From Emiliania huxleyi CCMP1516 (lineage: Eukaryota), in contig NW_005201551.1 in the NCBI RefSeq assembly GCF_000372725.1, positions 378,594 through 442,593 on the forward strand: DNA of 64,000 nt. Reading direction: 5' to 3'. A model generated the notes under the pieces. That model was given only the letters and a program-made list of their open reading frames with translations. It was not told where the DNA came from and made no database searches. The position numbers were made by a program, and so were the translations under genes. This document shows positions 48,101 through 61,100 of the stretch, in pieces. Numbering within the stretch: position 1 is the stretch's first letter; every line of letters starts with the position of its first letter.

Positions 48101-49704
48101 AGGCGTCGACTACAGCCAGTACGAGTCGCTCATCAAGGAGATGGCGCCGCTGGAGGTGTCGCACGGCGAGGCGATCTTCCAGCAGGGGGGCATTGGCGTT
48201 AAGTAATTAAGTAATTAATTGATAGGTGTCGCACGGCGAGGCGATCTTCCAGCAGGGGGACCCGCCCGAGCAGGTCTACTTTGTGTCCGAGGGGCAGCTC
48301 GAGTGCGAGTATGACCCGAAGCTCGACTCGCGCGCAAAGAAGCGGCGGCCGTCGGGCGAGGCGGTGGTCACGCTGTGAACGGCGCCTCTTCACACCTCGT
48401 GTCTGTGAACAGGCGGCCGTCGGGCGAGGCGGTGGTTGGGCGCGACGGCAAGCCGCGCGTGGTAGCGACGCTTGGCCCAGGCGACCACTTTGGGGAGACG
48501 GCGATGCTGGAGGCGAGGAAGGCGCGAAACTTGACGGTGCGTTGCGTCACCGCGAGCTGCGTGCTGCGGGCGATGAGCATGGCGCGTTTCAGCGAGATCT
48601 TGCGGCAGCGGCCGGAGCTGCACTTCACGGTGCAGCGGGCGGCGGTCCTTGCTGGGCGGGCAAGTCTCTTCACACCGTCTGGCTGTGAACAGGTGCAGCG
48701 GGCGGCGCAGATGCGGACGAACCAGCGGATTCGCAACGTCGTCGCTTCAGCGGCGGACGAGGACTTGCGCGTCGTCAGCTTTGCGCCAGGCGAGACCGTC
48801 TTCCGGCAGGGCGACCGCTTCGTGGACACTTCCGTGACACTTCCGAGACACTTCCCCAGGCGAGACCATCTTCCGGCAGGGCGACCCGTCCGACTCCTTC
48901 TACGTGCTCGAGAGCGGCGAGGTGGAGATGTCGCTGGTGCCGCCTCTTCACAGCGTCGGAGGAGAAGTCATCTACGCGGGAGAGGCTCGTAATCACTCGT
49001 AATTAATAACAGGTGCCCGCGTCGGAGGAGAAGGAATCAGTTACGCCGGAGAGGCTCAGAATTAATCGTAATTCATGGTTAATCATCAGGTGCCCGCGTC
49101 GGAGGAGGATGAGCCTTCCGCGCCCGTGCCGGTCCCGCACTTACACTTCAGGAGCGGGGTTCGGTGTGAAGACGAGAGGTGTGAAGGCTATGGCTGTGAA
49201 CAGGCCCGCGCTTGCACTGCCGGCGAGACGATTCTCCGGGGCTGAGAAGCACAACAAAGAACTCTGTGAACAGGTCCGCACTTGCACTGCCGGCGAGACG
49301 TTCGGCGCGTCGGGGCTGCTGCCGGGAGACAACGCGCGCCGCGCAACAGGGCGACGCCTTGAGGGAGATCACCCGGAGATCGCCCGAGATTGTCCGAGAT
49401 TAGGTGCGCCGCAACACGGCGACAGCGCTCTCGCCCGTCGTCGTCAAGGTCATGCCCGTGAAGCTCTTCAAGGCGATGGTGCGCGAGGACGGCTTCCTGC
49501 AGGCCTCGGCCCCCTGCCACCACACCACCGCCAAAGTATGTGTGTGTGTGTGTGTGTGGAGAGAGAGAGAGAGAGAGAAGCTTACCTCGCCTGACCTCCC
49601 TGCAGGCCGGGCTGAAGGCGTCGGGCTCGTACGTCGAGGCGCGCGCCGTGTCGGAGCTCGACGAGACGCTGGACGCGGAGGTGCAAAAGGCGATGGCCAG
49701 ATGA
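42179..49704 (+). CDS. CAMK/CDPK-like Ser/Thr kinase + EF-hand + four cyclic-nucleotide-binding domains, with an organelle transit-like N-terminus; many exons
   Basis: Kinase motifs IGQGGFGDV, VAVK, HPYII, HRDLKPEN, IKLIDFG, YWAPE, DLWSLGV and RLTAAQLISHPW. EF-hand LDRDGKGHIDAQDL. cNMP domains: VFKEGD..GDFFGETGLL..RAASV; VYQQGS..GDHLG; IFQQGD..GDHFGETAML..RNLTV; IFRQGD..GETFG..RNTA. The N-terminus is Arg/Ala/Ser-rich followed by a hydrophobic stretch. Stop TGA 49702-49704. Confidence 0.9.
46267..46470 (+). repeat. Intron made of 3 x 68-bp units (exon-start copy + CTCTTCACAC..CTGTGAACAG)
   Basis: 204 bp = 3 x 68. Each unit starts GCAAGGGGGCGGTGG, like the following exon. Confidence 0.93.
46534..47045 (+). 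repeat. Intron made of 8 x 64-bp units (exon-start copy + TTCACAC..CTGTGAACAG)
   Basis: 512 bp = 8 x 64. Removal restores NEG|ELEMSVNKPDGGSVRVK. Confidence 0.95.
47567..48102 (+). repeat. Intron made of 8 x 67-bp units (exon-start copy + TTGTTGGTTGATTACTAG)
   Basis: 536 bp = 8 x 67. Removal restores GDG|VDYSQYESLIKEMAPLE. Confidence 0.95.
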
Positions 49705-49863
49705 CGCGCAGGGCTCGCGAGGCGCAGGGGTGAGGGTGGGGCGCGGTTTTTTTCGTTTGCGTTGGAGGAGGGCTCTCGCCAAATCGTATATTACACGGCC
49801 CGCTTGCCGCTGCTCACCGAGGAGCGCGCTAGGTTGTAGTGCCGCCGCCGCACGATGCCCGCC

Positions 49864-50766
49864 CTCTGGGCCGGCGCGGGGGCCCCAGAGGGTGTCCATG
49901 CGGGGGGGAGATGGGGTCCCCCAGCCCGCCGCAGGCGCCGATTTTTTCGCGCTTTTTTTTTTGGCGATTTTTTACTTGTTTTCATGGGAATTCGGCGTAC
50001 TTGCGGCCATGCTATCACGCCTTGCGACAGCCTGTCGGCGCTGCTGACCGTGCCATGATGCACAATTGATCACCTGCATAGCTCGCGGCCTTAGTATCAA
50101 GCATTCAGTGACGACCTGATCGTACGGCCAGTAGGAAGGTGTCCTTCCATCGTGTGCACGCTTCTGACGCAATGCGCGTCACCTCGGATTGGCTGCTGGC
50201 ACTCTCGAGGCTATGCCTACACAGCCTCGCGCGCATGGGCAGTCAAAAGGGACCACGCACTTCTCCGGACAGCGCCGGTGCCTCTCTCTTGGACCGGCAA
50301 ACGTGTGGTGGTCTCGTGTCACCAATGTGGGACCAGTGCGGCGGATCGCGCCATCGACAGCTCTGAACTGCGCCTCACCACTGACCGGGAAGGCCGCCAA
50401 GTGGGCCAGCACAGGTCGCACATGTGGCAGCAGTCAGCAGTGCATGGCTGATAGCTAGAGCAGCAGCGTCAGGGTCGCAGGGTCGGATCGTGTCAAGCCT
50501 CTCGCCCGGCCGGCCGCGTGCAGACGTCGGCCTGTCTGCTGTCTGCAGTGATCTGTCGGCGGTCAGTACGACCGATCAGGTTGGAGGTTTCTCATGATTG
50601 GAGGGTCTATCTGTGTGTACTCCTCGAGATCTCTCCAAATCTGCCCTCTAATCAACCGTAATCATTCGGGAAGTTGGTGCTCATAGAGACTCATAGAGCC
50701 GGAGCCCCGTTTCCGCACTGCGGCGCGGCGCACGGTGTGGGCCGGGGCCCCCGCGCCGGCCCAGAG
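49864..50766 (-). mobile_element. ~900 bp TIR element, copy C
   Basis: Same TIRs and body as copies A and B. Flanks TGCCCGCC / TGCCCATT match at 5 of 8 positions (eroded TSD). Confidence 0.88.
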
Positions 50767-51350
50767 TGCCCATTTTCGGTGCAGCGTCTCCACACTCCAG
50801 CATCATCACGCGTGTCGGCGTTGCCCCAATGCGCCCCTCTGCCATCTGTCCTCTGCTCGTAGTAAGCCGAAACCCGGTTATGCAGAGTCGGCGGTGTTCG
50901 TGTGCGAGTTTGTTGGCATGCCATTGCGAACGCCGTGTCTCTTCACGCACCGCCTCGTCTAGCGTTGTGACTTCCAGAACCGTGCGGAGGGCGGCCTCCT
51001 GGACCAGGCCTGTGTAAGGGCATTCGAGGGCTAGGTGCCGAGTGGTCTCGATTACAGTCTCTCCCCGGAGCAGGTAGCATAGGTCGCAGATGCCTCGCCG
51101 GCGCTGCTTGCGGCATCTGTGCGGTCCGAGCGGCAGAGCGTCCGCAAGGATGGAGTACGCGGTGTCCGACGTTGGCCTTGTTAGGTTGCAGTCGTGGATT
51201 GATCCGAAGATCGATCGTGCTATCCGCCCCTCGCTCCCCTCGTGTTCGCTCTCGGTCCCCTCGACGGTCCCCTTCTCCTCTCTGTCACTCTCCTCGTCTT
51301 CTTGTCCGTCGCCGTCGTTGTTGCTACGGGGGCCGTCAATTTCCACCGAG
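50767..51350 (-). mobile_element. L1/Tx1-like non-LTR retrotransposon remnant (zf-RVT zinc finger)
   Basis: ..ADALPLG..CDLC....ETTRHLALECP.., a CxxC..ETxxHLxxxCP motif. Abuts TIR element copy C. Confidence 0.65.
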
Positions 51351-51407
51351 TCGACTGCGGCCCGCTGTGTTCCTCATAGATTAGCTTTTCCTGAATCATC
51401 TTCCTTG

Positions 51408-51494
51408 CCCACATCATCTGAAGTCGCTTAGCCACCTCTGCCCACATCATCTGAAGTCGCTTAGCCACCTCTGCCCACATCATCTGAAGTCGCT
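51408..51494. repeat. 33-bp tandem repeat x ~2.6
   Basis: GCCCACATCATCTGAAGTCGCT recurs three times. Confidence 0.9.
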
Positions 51495-51766
51495 AACAAA
51501 CGGGCGCGCGAAAAAAAGAATTAGAGACCACGGGCAGCGTGGCGCACAACTGAACCCTCCCATACGTGCTTGTGCTCCTCCTTTGCTGTCCCATCTCCTC
51601 ATCTCTTTCCCGCCTGGGCGGGGCAGTGGGCGGGCGCGCGGTGCGGCGTGGCGTGTGCGTGTGTGCGACTGCAACGAAGGACCGCTCGCACCATTGGGTT
51701 AACCTCGAAGGCGCTCTCAAAAAAAAAAGCGGAAAAGTGTTAAAAAAGACGCCGTCGCTGATTTCT

Positions 51767-52043
51767 ATGGCGTCGCTGCTGCTGTCACCCGACAGCCCGG
51801 CGCCGGAGGGTACCTCCGCCGAAGACGGTGGCGGAGGCGAGGACGGGGAGGACGCCGATGCTGCGACAGCCGAGAGCCGCGGCGTGGCTGGCGGCGTGGC
51901 TGGCGGCGTGGGACCGTGCGGAGTCGATGAGCTGCTGGAGTGCACACAGCCCGCGGCGGGTGCCTTATGTGCCGCTGAGCTGCCCGCCGCCCCGTGCTCC
52001 GGTACGCAGCTGCTGGATGCCGGTGTTGGCGCAGGCCAAAAGA

Positions 52044-52077
<34 letters not shown>

Positions 52078-54814
52078 GACCCCTCGGGGGTGGGGCGCAT
52101 GGGGGCGTTCGTCGCTTGCGGCAACACGCTGCCACGCGCCCGCGAGACGGTTCTGGGCGTGGAGGGCGGGGACAGGGGTGGGAGGGTGGGACGGTGGGAT
52201 CCGCGGACGGGGACCGGGACGGTTGAGGCTGTCAAGGGCCAGTACACGGACGCAGAGGGGAAGTGCCATGTGGAGGCGTTGCTCTTCGAGGAGTTCGGCG
52301 CAATGAGCGCGGGGGTGGAGGAGCTGCTGATGCGGGTGGCTGAGGTGGCGGGCCGGAAGCTCACGTGGTGGCAGTACGACCAGACGTCGTGGTCGGCGCG
52401 CGAATGGATGCCGTTTGCGCTGCAGCGACTGTCGGTGCAGCTCTGGGTGGCGCTCGCGGACGAGGCACAGCGCGCCATTGGTGCGGCGTCGCGCGACCGC
52501 GAGGGACCGCGGGGGAATGCTAGTGGGATGGGGGGCTCTGAGGGGAAGGGAGCGGGGGGCGCCCAGTAGGGCGCCGGCACCCCAGCGTAGAGGGCGTCGT
52601 GTAGCCCTCCTTTTGGTATAACACAAAAAAACGGGGTGTGCACCATGCGTGCTCGACCGGAAGACAGCGATCAGGGCGATCGCATTCTGACACCTTGCTG
52701 CCGTGCTCTGATGCTGTCCGTGCGCGTTTGCTTCGAGAAGTCGCTGCCCTGCCTCCACCGCCGCGAGGACACGACGGTTGCCGATTTCAATGTTGACGAG
52801 CGAAAGCTAGATGCGTGGTGCGCGTGGTACGCCTTCACCTGCGAGAAGCTCGAATTGAAAATGCTCGACGAGCAGCGTCTGCGCATGGGCATGTCGCCGC
52901 CGGGAATGCCTTCTCCGTTTGGGATGGCGTCACGGATCGCGCGGCGAGGGGTTGCGCCGCCGATGGACGGGCTGGAGAGGCCGGAGACGGGAGGTGGCGT
53001 CATAGCGCCCAGTCAGCGGGAGCTGCAGCGGGCCGTCGCGCGCCAGGAGCAGCAGCCGCGGCCGGAGCAGCCGCCGGCGAGTGCTACGCAGCCGCCATCG
53101 CCGCCCGGTGGCTTCCAGCCCTCCCGACAGCCTCCGCCTCCGACGGGAATGGGCTTCGGAAACTTCTCCTCCCGCTCTGGAGGGCCGATGGGCGGTGAGC
53201 AGCCACTTCCAAGACACCCGGCCACGACAACCCTGCTGATAGAGACACACCGCCGCACACGTCCGTGACACGCCTCCAACGCCGCCAATTCCGCCCGTTT
53301 GCAGGTGCAGGCATGCCCCCGCGACCGGGAGGAGGCATGCCTCAGCGGCATCTGCTGCGGCCGCAGGCGCCGCAGTTTCGCCGGGTGCGCCTCATCCCCT
53401 CCGGCCCGGCGGTGCACCCATCTTGCTCCGGGCCGAAAGCCTCGATCATACTGTTCGCCGTGCGACACGCGCGGCTGGCCCGCGTCGCCGCCGACAGCGA
53501 GCGGCGCATGCACGAGCAGAGGCTGCTGAGCCGCATCCGTCCGAGGCATCGCATCGACGCCCGCTCTTCTTCCAGTCCGAAGGCCGCAATGCTCGTACTA
53601 GCTTTGCGGCACTGGCGGCTGGCCGGCGCCGCTGACGCCTCCGGCATTCCTGGCGTGGACGAGAGGAAGCTGGAGCTGTGGCGCAAGCGCGGCGGTGGCG
53701 ACCTCGAGCCGGTCCTCGCGAGCGGCGCCGTCGCCGTCCTCGACGCGCAGTGGGTCATCCGCCACGCCGAGGCGGGCGGCGTCCTCGCCCACCGCCAGGC
53801 GCTGCCCAAGGAGGCCTTCCTCTCCCTCGCCGACCTCGTCGAGGCGACCCCCGACCGTGGCAGCCTTCCCGTCGCCGCGCTCTCCTACCCGTGGCTGACC
53901 AAGGACCACCCCGACCCGCGCGGAGCCAACCTCGCCCGCGTCGCAAGGGCGCTGAAGGCCCTGCTCACCTCTCCGTACATCCCGCGGCTCGGCGTCTTTT
54001 GGGACTTCGGCTCGCTGCACCAGCACCCTGACCCCGCCAACGGCGTCATGCGCACCGAGGAGCAGAACGCGCTCTTCAAGCAGGGGCTGGGCTGCCTCGG
54101 CACGCTCTACTCCCACAAGTACACTTTCGTGCTGCGGCTGACCTCCTTCCCGGACGGCCACAAGGCGGAGGACCAGACCGAAGGCACCAACGTGGCCAAG
54201 TACTTTGACCGCGGCTGGTGCTACACGGAGCAGAGCTGGGCTGGCCTGACAAAGGCTGGCAGCCTCTCCCTCGACCTCGGCAAGATGCGCGCCGGCGTGG
54301 AGTACAGCTACGGCAGCCTCCGAGACGACTGCGTCCAGGACGGCGGCCGGCGCCCTCCGCTGCTGCCGTCTGCCTTCGCGGCGGAGCTGGAGAAGAAGAG
54401 CTTCACCAACGGCAAGGACGACAAGCCGCTGGTGAAGCGGCTGTACGAGGCCGCTTTCGAGGAGCAGTTTGGCAAGGCGACCGAGCTGTTCTACCGCGGC
54501 CTCGGCTGGGGCGACGCGGAGGCGGCGCAGGTGGCGGAGGTCCTCGCGAGCGGGGCAGCGCCGCGGCTCGAGAAGCTCGATCTCAGCTACAACGAGATTG
54601 GCGACGAGGGCTGCAAGGCGCTGGCCGCCGCCCTCAAGGAGGGGGCCGCCCCGAGCTTGAAGGCGCGAGACGCCTCCCCTCGCCACTCGCCCCTCCCCCG
54701 CCCAATGCTGATCGCACCTCCCCTCGCGTGCAGAAGCTCGAGGCGGGCTACAAGGACAGGAAGCAGCCTGAGCTGGTGGCCGTGTGCGAGGAGCGCGGCA
54801 TCGACCTCTACTGA
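51767..54814 (+). pseudogene. HET-like domain + LRR protein, copy 3, with a long unique N-terminus interrupted by a retrotransposon insertion
   Basis: ATG 51767 frame runs to a poly-Gly at 52078 and resumes in frame at 52636 if the insertion is removed. GT-AG intron 53195-53304 joins the Pro-rich region in frame to the HET-LRR ORF. One LRR. GC-AG intron 54663-54733. Ends ..CEERGIDLY*. It could still be expressed from ATG 52645. Confidence 0.7.
52079..52631 (+). mobile_element. 5'-truncated CRE-like retrotransposon (second family)
   Basis: GAFVACGNT..KGQY..LLFEEFGAM..QRLSVQL. Near-identical to ~57270-57820. A-rich tail. Flanked by CGGG (52075-52078, 52632-52635). Confidence 0.85.
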
Positions 54815-55188
54815 GCCTCTCCAGCCCCGGCCGGGCGGCAAGGGCGCGGGGCACAGCGGGACCGCCGCGCGAGCACGGCAGAGAGCAGCAGACCCTGCGG
54901 CGGCGGAGGATGACGCGCAGCGACGGTGCGGGCGCGCGCGGGTGCGGGTTTGGTGGGTGGATGGGCGGGTGGGTTGGGTGTTGATGTCACAAAGGGGGGG
55001 AGGGAGGGAGGGACGGCGGACAGGGGGGCGGGTGGGTTTGTGCGGCGGGGGGGGGGGGGGGGGGGTTGCTGTTGCAGCCTGACGCACAAGCAGCGGTGCA
55101 CGGTGGAGGATCGACTTTGGCACGGTTAAAAATCTAGCTCTCTTCTATGATCTATCCCCTCCTGCCCTGGCCCTGCGGCTCAGACGCC

Positions 55189-56830
<1,642 letters not shown>

Positions 56831-56899
56831 CGACGGAGAGAGCTCTCGGCCGAGCGGCAGCGAGCCCTTTTTGCCCCACGCCGGCAGCGGCAGCGGTAC

Positions 56900-57823
56900 G
56901 CGCGGCGCGGCGGGCCACCAGACGCGCGTTATCGCCGGACGGACGTTCGCCGGCAGGCCGCGACTCGAGGGCATCTGCCGGCGCTCGTCTGCCAGTGTGG
57001 CGCCAGAGTGGAGAGCTGGAGGCTGCATATTCAATTTGACGCCCTCGGCGACGTGGCGCAGAACGACGGCGCGGCGGGCCACCAGACGCGGCACAAGGAG
57101 GTCCTCCTGGACCTTGTCGAGCTGCTGCGGGGCAAGCTGGGGCGCGGCGCGGTGGAGCACGAGTTTCACTGCGAGCACAGCACTACGAGGACGGACTTGT
57201 ACATTTACCAGGGCGTGACTGGGGACCTGCCCTGCATCGGCGACACGAAGATCTTTGCGGGTGTGCCGTCGGACCCCTCGGGGGTGGGGCGCATGGGGGC
57301 GTTCGTCGCTTGCGGCAACACGCTGCCACGCGCCCGCGAGACGGTTCTGGGCGTGGAGGGCGGGGACAGGGGTGGGACGGTGGGACGGTGGGATCCGCGG
57401 ACGGGGACCGGGACGGTTGAGGCTGTCAAGGGCCAGTACACGGACGCAGAGGGGAAGTGCCGTGTGGAGGCGCTGCTCTTCGAGGAGTTCGGCGCAATGA
57501 GCGCGGGGGTGGAGGAGCTGCTGATGCGGGTGGCTGAGGTGGCGGGCCGGAAGCTCACGTGGTGGCAGTACGACCAGACGTCGTGGTCGGCGCGCGAATG
57601 GATGCCGTTTGCGCTGCAGCGACTGTCGGTGCAGCTCTGGACGGCGCTCGAGCGGACGAGGCACAGCGCGCCATTATTGGTGCGGCGTCGCGCGGCCGCG
57701 AGGGACCGCAGGGGGGGGTAAGCGGGATCGGGGGCTCTAAGGGGAAGGGAGTGGGGGGCGCCCAGTAGGGCGCCGGCACCCCAGCGTAGAGGGCCTCGTG
57801 TAGCCCTCCTTTTGGTATAATAA
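56900..57823 (+). mobile_element. 5'-truncated CRE-like retrotransposon (second family, longer copy)
   Basis: DALGD..GHQTRH (degenerate zinc knuckle), RTDL, GDTK, LLFEEFG and QRLSVQL. 3' tail TTTTGGTATAATAAAA. 5' limit approximate. Confidence 0.8.
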
Positions 57824-58115
57824 AACCGAGCCGGCGAGCGAGGTTCCGACCAACCCTTCTCGAGAAAAGAATTTTGCGGCCACGCACGACAATAGGCAGC
57901 GTGCCGTCCTCCCATCCCTCCCTTGGGTTGTCCATCTTCTTTCTTTGTTTTACACTAGGCACGGGACTGGCGCGCACTAGCACTAACATCTTGATTTACC
58001 AACAATGCCCTTACTACACACAGGGGTTCGAGAAAAGAACTTTCCTACGTACTCGCTCGTTACACTCTCGAGGTATCGCAGTCGGCCCCGAAAGGCTTTG
58101 TGCCACCACAGCAGC

Positions 58116-61100
58116 ATGCGCAAACGCCGCACCATCCTCGTCGTCGGCGACTCCTTCTGCGACGTCAACGCCGGCCCACTGCCGCGCCTCCCAGAGTGGG
58201 GCCGCAACGTCGTCTCGCCAGAGCGGATCCTAGCCCAGCCAGGCGGAGCCGCGCTCAACGTCGCCTGCAACCTGCAGCGGCTCCGAGGCGACACCGCTCT
58301 CTACTCGGGCATCGGTGAGCCGCTTCCAATCAGTCCGACTTCACACGGACACCACCGACTCGACAGGCGGATCGACTCTCCTCCTCTCACACGGTGCATC
58401 TCTGGCCCAGGCCGCGATGCGTTTGGCGACATGCTGCGCGTCCACCTCGACTCGCTGGGTGTTCGGCTGATCGAGGCGCGTTCGGGACTGTTGTAGACAC
58501 CTGCCACCAAATGATGTGTGCTTCCCGGGCAGGCTTAACACTGGCCTGGGACGTAGCGGTGGATGCCGGCTAGACGCTTCGGCACTGCCCTGCTTCGACA
58601 TTGCCCGGCTAGACGCTTCGACATTGCAACGCGCTCCTTCAGGCGGACTCGGACGAGGACGCGCCGACCGGCGTCTGCATGGTCCAGATTACCCGAGATT
58701 ACCCGAGATTACCCGAGATTACGGCGTCTGCATAGTCCGAGGATCGGGTATCTCGGGTGATCTCGGGTGATCTCGGCTAATCTCGGGCACGCAGCACAGG
58801 TCCTCTCCGGCCCCGACGACCGCGCCTTCTGCTCCCACTTCGGCGTCTCGGACGCCTTCGACGCGTCCGCCCTCGTCGCCGACGGCGCCGCCTTGCTCCG
58901 GCGGTTGGGGCCTTGCCATGTCCACTGCGCGGGCTACTTCTCCTGCGCGGCGCTGCGGAAGACTCTCCCTCGGCTGCTGCTGGCGGCGCGAGAGGTTGGC
59001 GCCACGACAAGCCTCGACACTAACAACGACGCGAGCGGACAGTGGGGCGCCGTGGACGGCCTGTGCGATGCTCTCTTGCCGCCGCTAGACTTCTTCACGC
59101 CTCTGGCTGTAAACAGGCGCCGTCGACGGCTTGTGGGATGCACTCTTGCCTCTGCCGGATCTCCGCGAAGAGGTGTGAGCAGCGCCTCGTCACGGCTTGC
59201 TCTGAGATGCACACAGGTCCTCTTGCCGCTGCTCGACCTCTTCACACCGAACGAGCTCGAGGCGTGCGCCGTCGCGGGCGTGACTATTAGTTAATTAACC
59301 CTACGAGGGCGTCACTAGTGATTAATTAACGAGCTCGAGGCGTGCGCCGTCGCGGGCGTGCCGGCCGGCGACGTCGAGGCCGCCCTCGCCCGGCTGTCGC
59401 GGCAGGTAAATTAGTGAATCGCTAATAATGAATTAGCTCTCGCCCGGCTGTCGCGGCAGGTAAATTAGTGAACACCAAAAATTAATCAGCTCTCGCCCGG
59501 CTGTCGCAGCAGGTAAATGAATGCATTTAGTTAATTAATGATTCACTAATGACTGCTGAAAAATTAATTAGCTCTCGCCCGGCTGTCGCAGCAGGTAAAG
59601 CAAGACTGATTACTCTTTAATAAGCTCTCGCCTGGGTCGCGGCAGGTAAATTAGTGAACACTAATTAGCTGTCGCGGCAGGTCGGCGGCAGCGTCGTCAT
59701 CACGCGCGGGCGGGACGGGGCGAGATATACCCGAGATATACCCGAGATATACCCGAGATATACCCGAGATATACGCGAGATATGCCCGAGATATACCCGA
59801 GATACGGGGCGCGACGGCCGGCGGTCGGTCGACCCGAGATCTATCCCGAGATGTACACGAGATCTATCCCGAGGTGTAGGCGCTTGTCGGCGGGCGGTCG
59901 GTGGAGACGAGAGCTGTCTCCGCTCCGCCGGTCGTCGCTCGCGACGCGGTGGGCGCTGGCGACGCCTTCAAGGCCCCGCCCGCGCCATGACTAGTCAATT
60001 AATGTTTACTTCATTATTCATGAACGAGTTGGCGACGCCTGGCCAGGCTGGCCTGCTCGCTTGCTTCGTCTCTGGAGCAGACCTGGCCGAGGCGGCGCAG
60101 TACGGCTGCCTCACCGGCGCTAATTAATATCAAGTGGAGCTGATGACAGCTTAATATTTAATTAGGCGGCGCAGTACGGCTGCCTCACCGGCGCTCTCTG
60201 CGTCACGACACGCGGCGCCTGCTCGCACCCTCCCGCCGCTACACCTCGGCTGCATCTCGGCTGCATCTCGGCTGCATCTCGGCTGCATCTCGGCTGCATC
60301 TCCCCTGTCCAGGCGCCTGCTCGGACCCTCCCGACGGGGCGCGTGTCGCCGCCTTCGCCGCGCAGCATGGGCTCTCCTCGGTCGCTTCCGCCCTCCCGGC
60401 TTGCGGCGGCTCGAGCTCTGCTGCAGACGGCGACGGGCAGCAGCAGGAAGAGGGGCGGAGCGAGCGGGAGGAGCGGGCCGCTGTGCCTGCTGATGACTGA
60501 TTGTTCCTAGTCCATGGATGGTTGATAGTTGGTAGTAGGAGGGGTTCCTGTGGTGGACCTTTGCGCTGTTGTGGTTGGGAGGTACCTGGCCGTCTAGAGC
60601 AGAGGCAGCTGTCACGTTTGTTGATGCTCGGTGAGTACTTGCTGATTACCGTCAGGCACCTGGCCGTACCAGAGCATTCTTCAGGCCCAGGCCTACTACG
60701 AGGCAGAGCTGCCCGGCCTCTCACATTAGTTAGTCAATCAATAACTATAATTGACTAATCACGAGTTCGAGGCGGAGCTGCCCGACCTCGCCTTTCTCGT
60801 GCTGATGACCTTCTCGTGGCCGCTCGTCGCAGGGCACGCGGCGCAGGTCCTCTCGGGTAATCTCGGCTAATCTCGGGTAATCTCGGGTGATCTCGGGTGA
60901 TCTCGAGCACGCGTCGCAGGTCCTCTCCTGCTTAGATAACTAATTGCTTGCTGGATTCATGATTAATGAAGTAATCCGCAGGTCCTCTCCGGCGCCGCAA
61001 AGGCCGCCCGCTTCTCCGCAAAATCATCGTTGTCTTATTTAGTAATGAGTGATCACTTATTATGAATGAGTCAGGCCGCCGGCTTCTCGCGGCGCGTCCT

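Noticed and set aside
46534..48102. Regular repeat arrays resembling CRISPR
   Set aside because: There are no unique spacers and no cas genes. Units are full tandem copies of exon start plus intron filler inside a eukaryotic gene.
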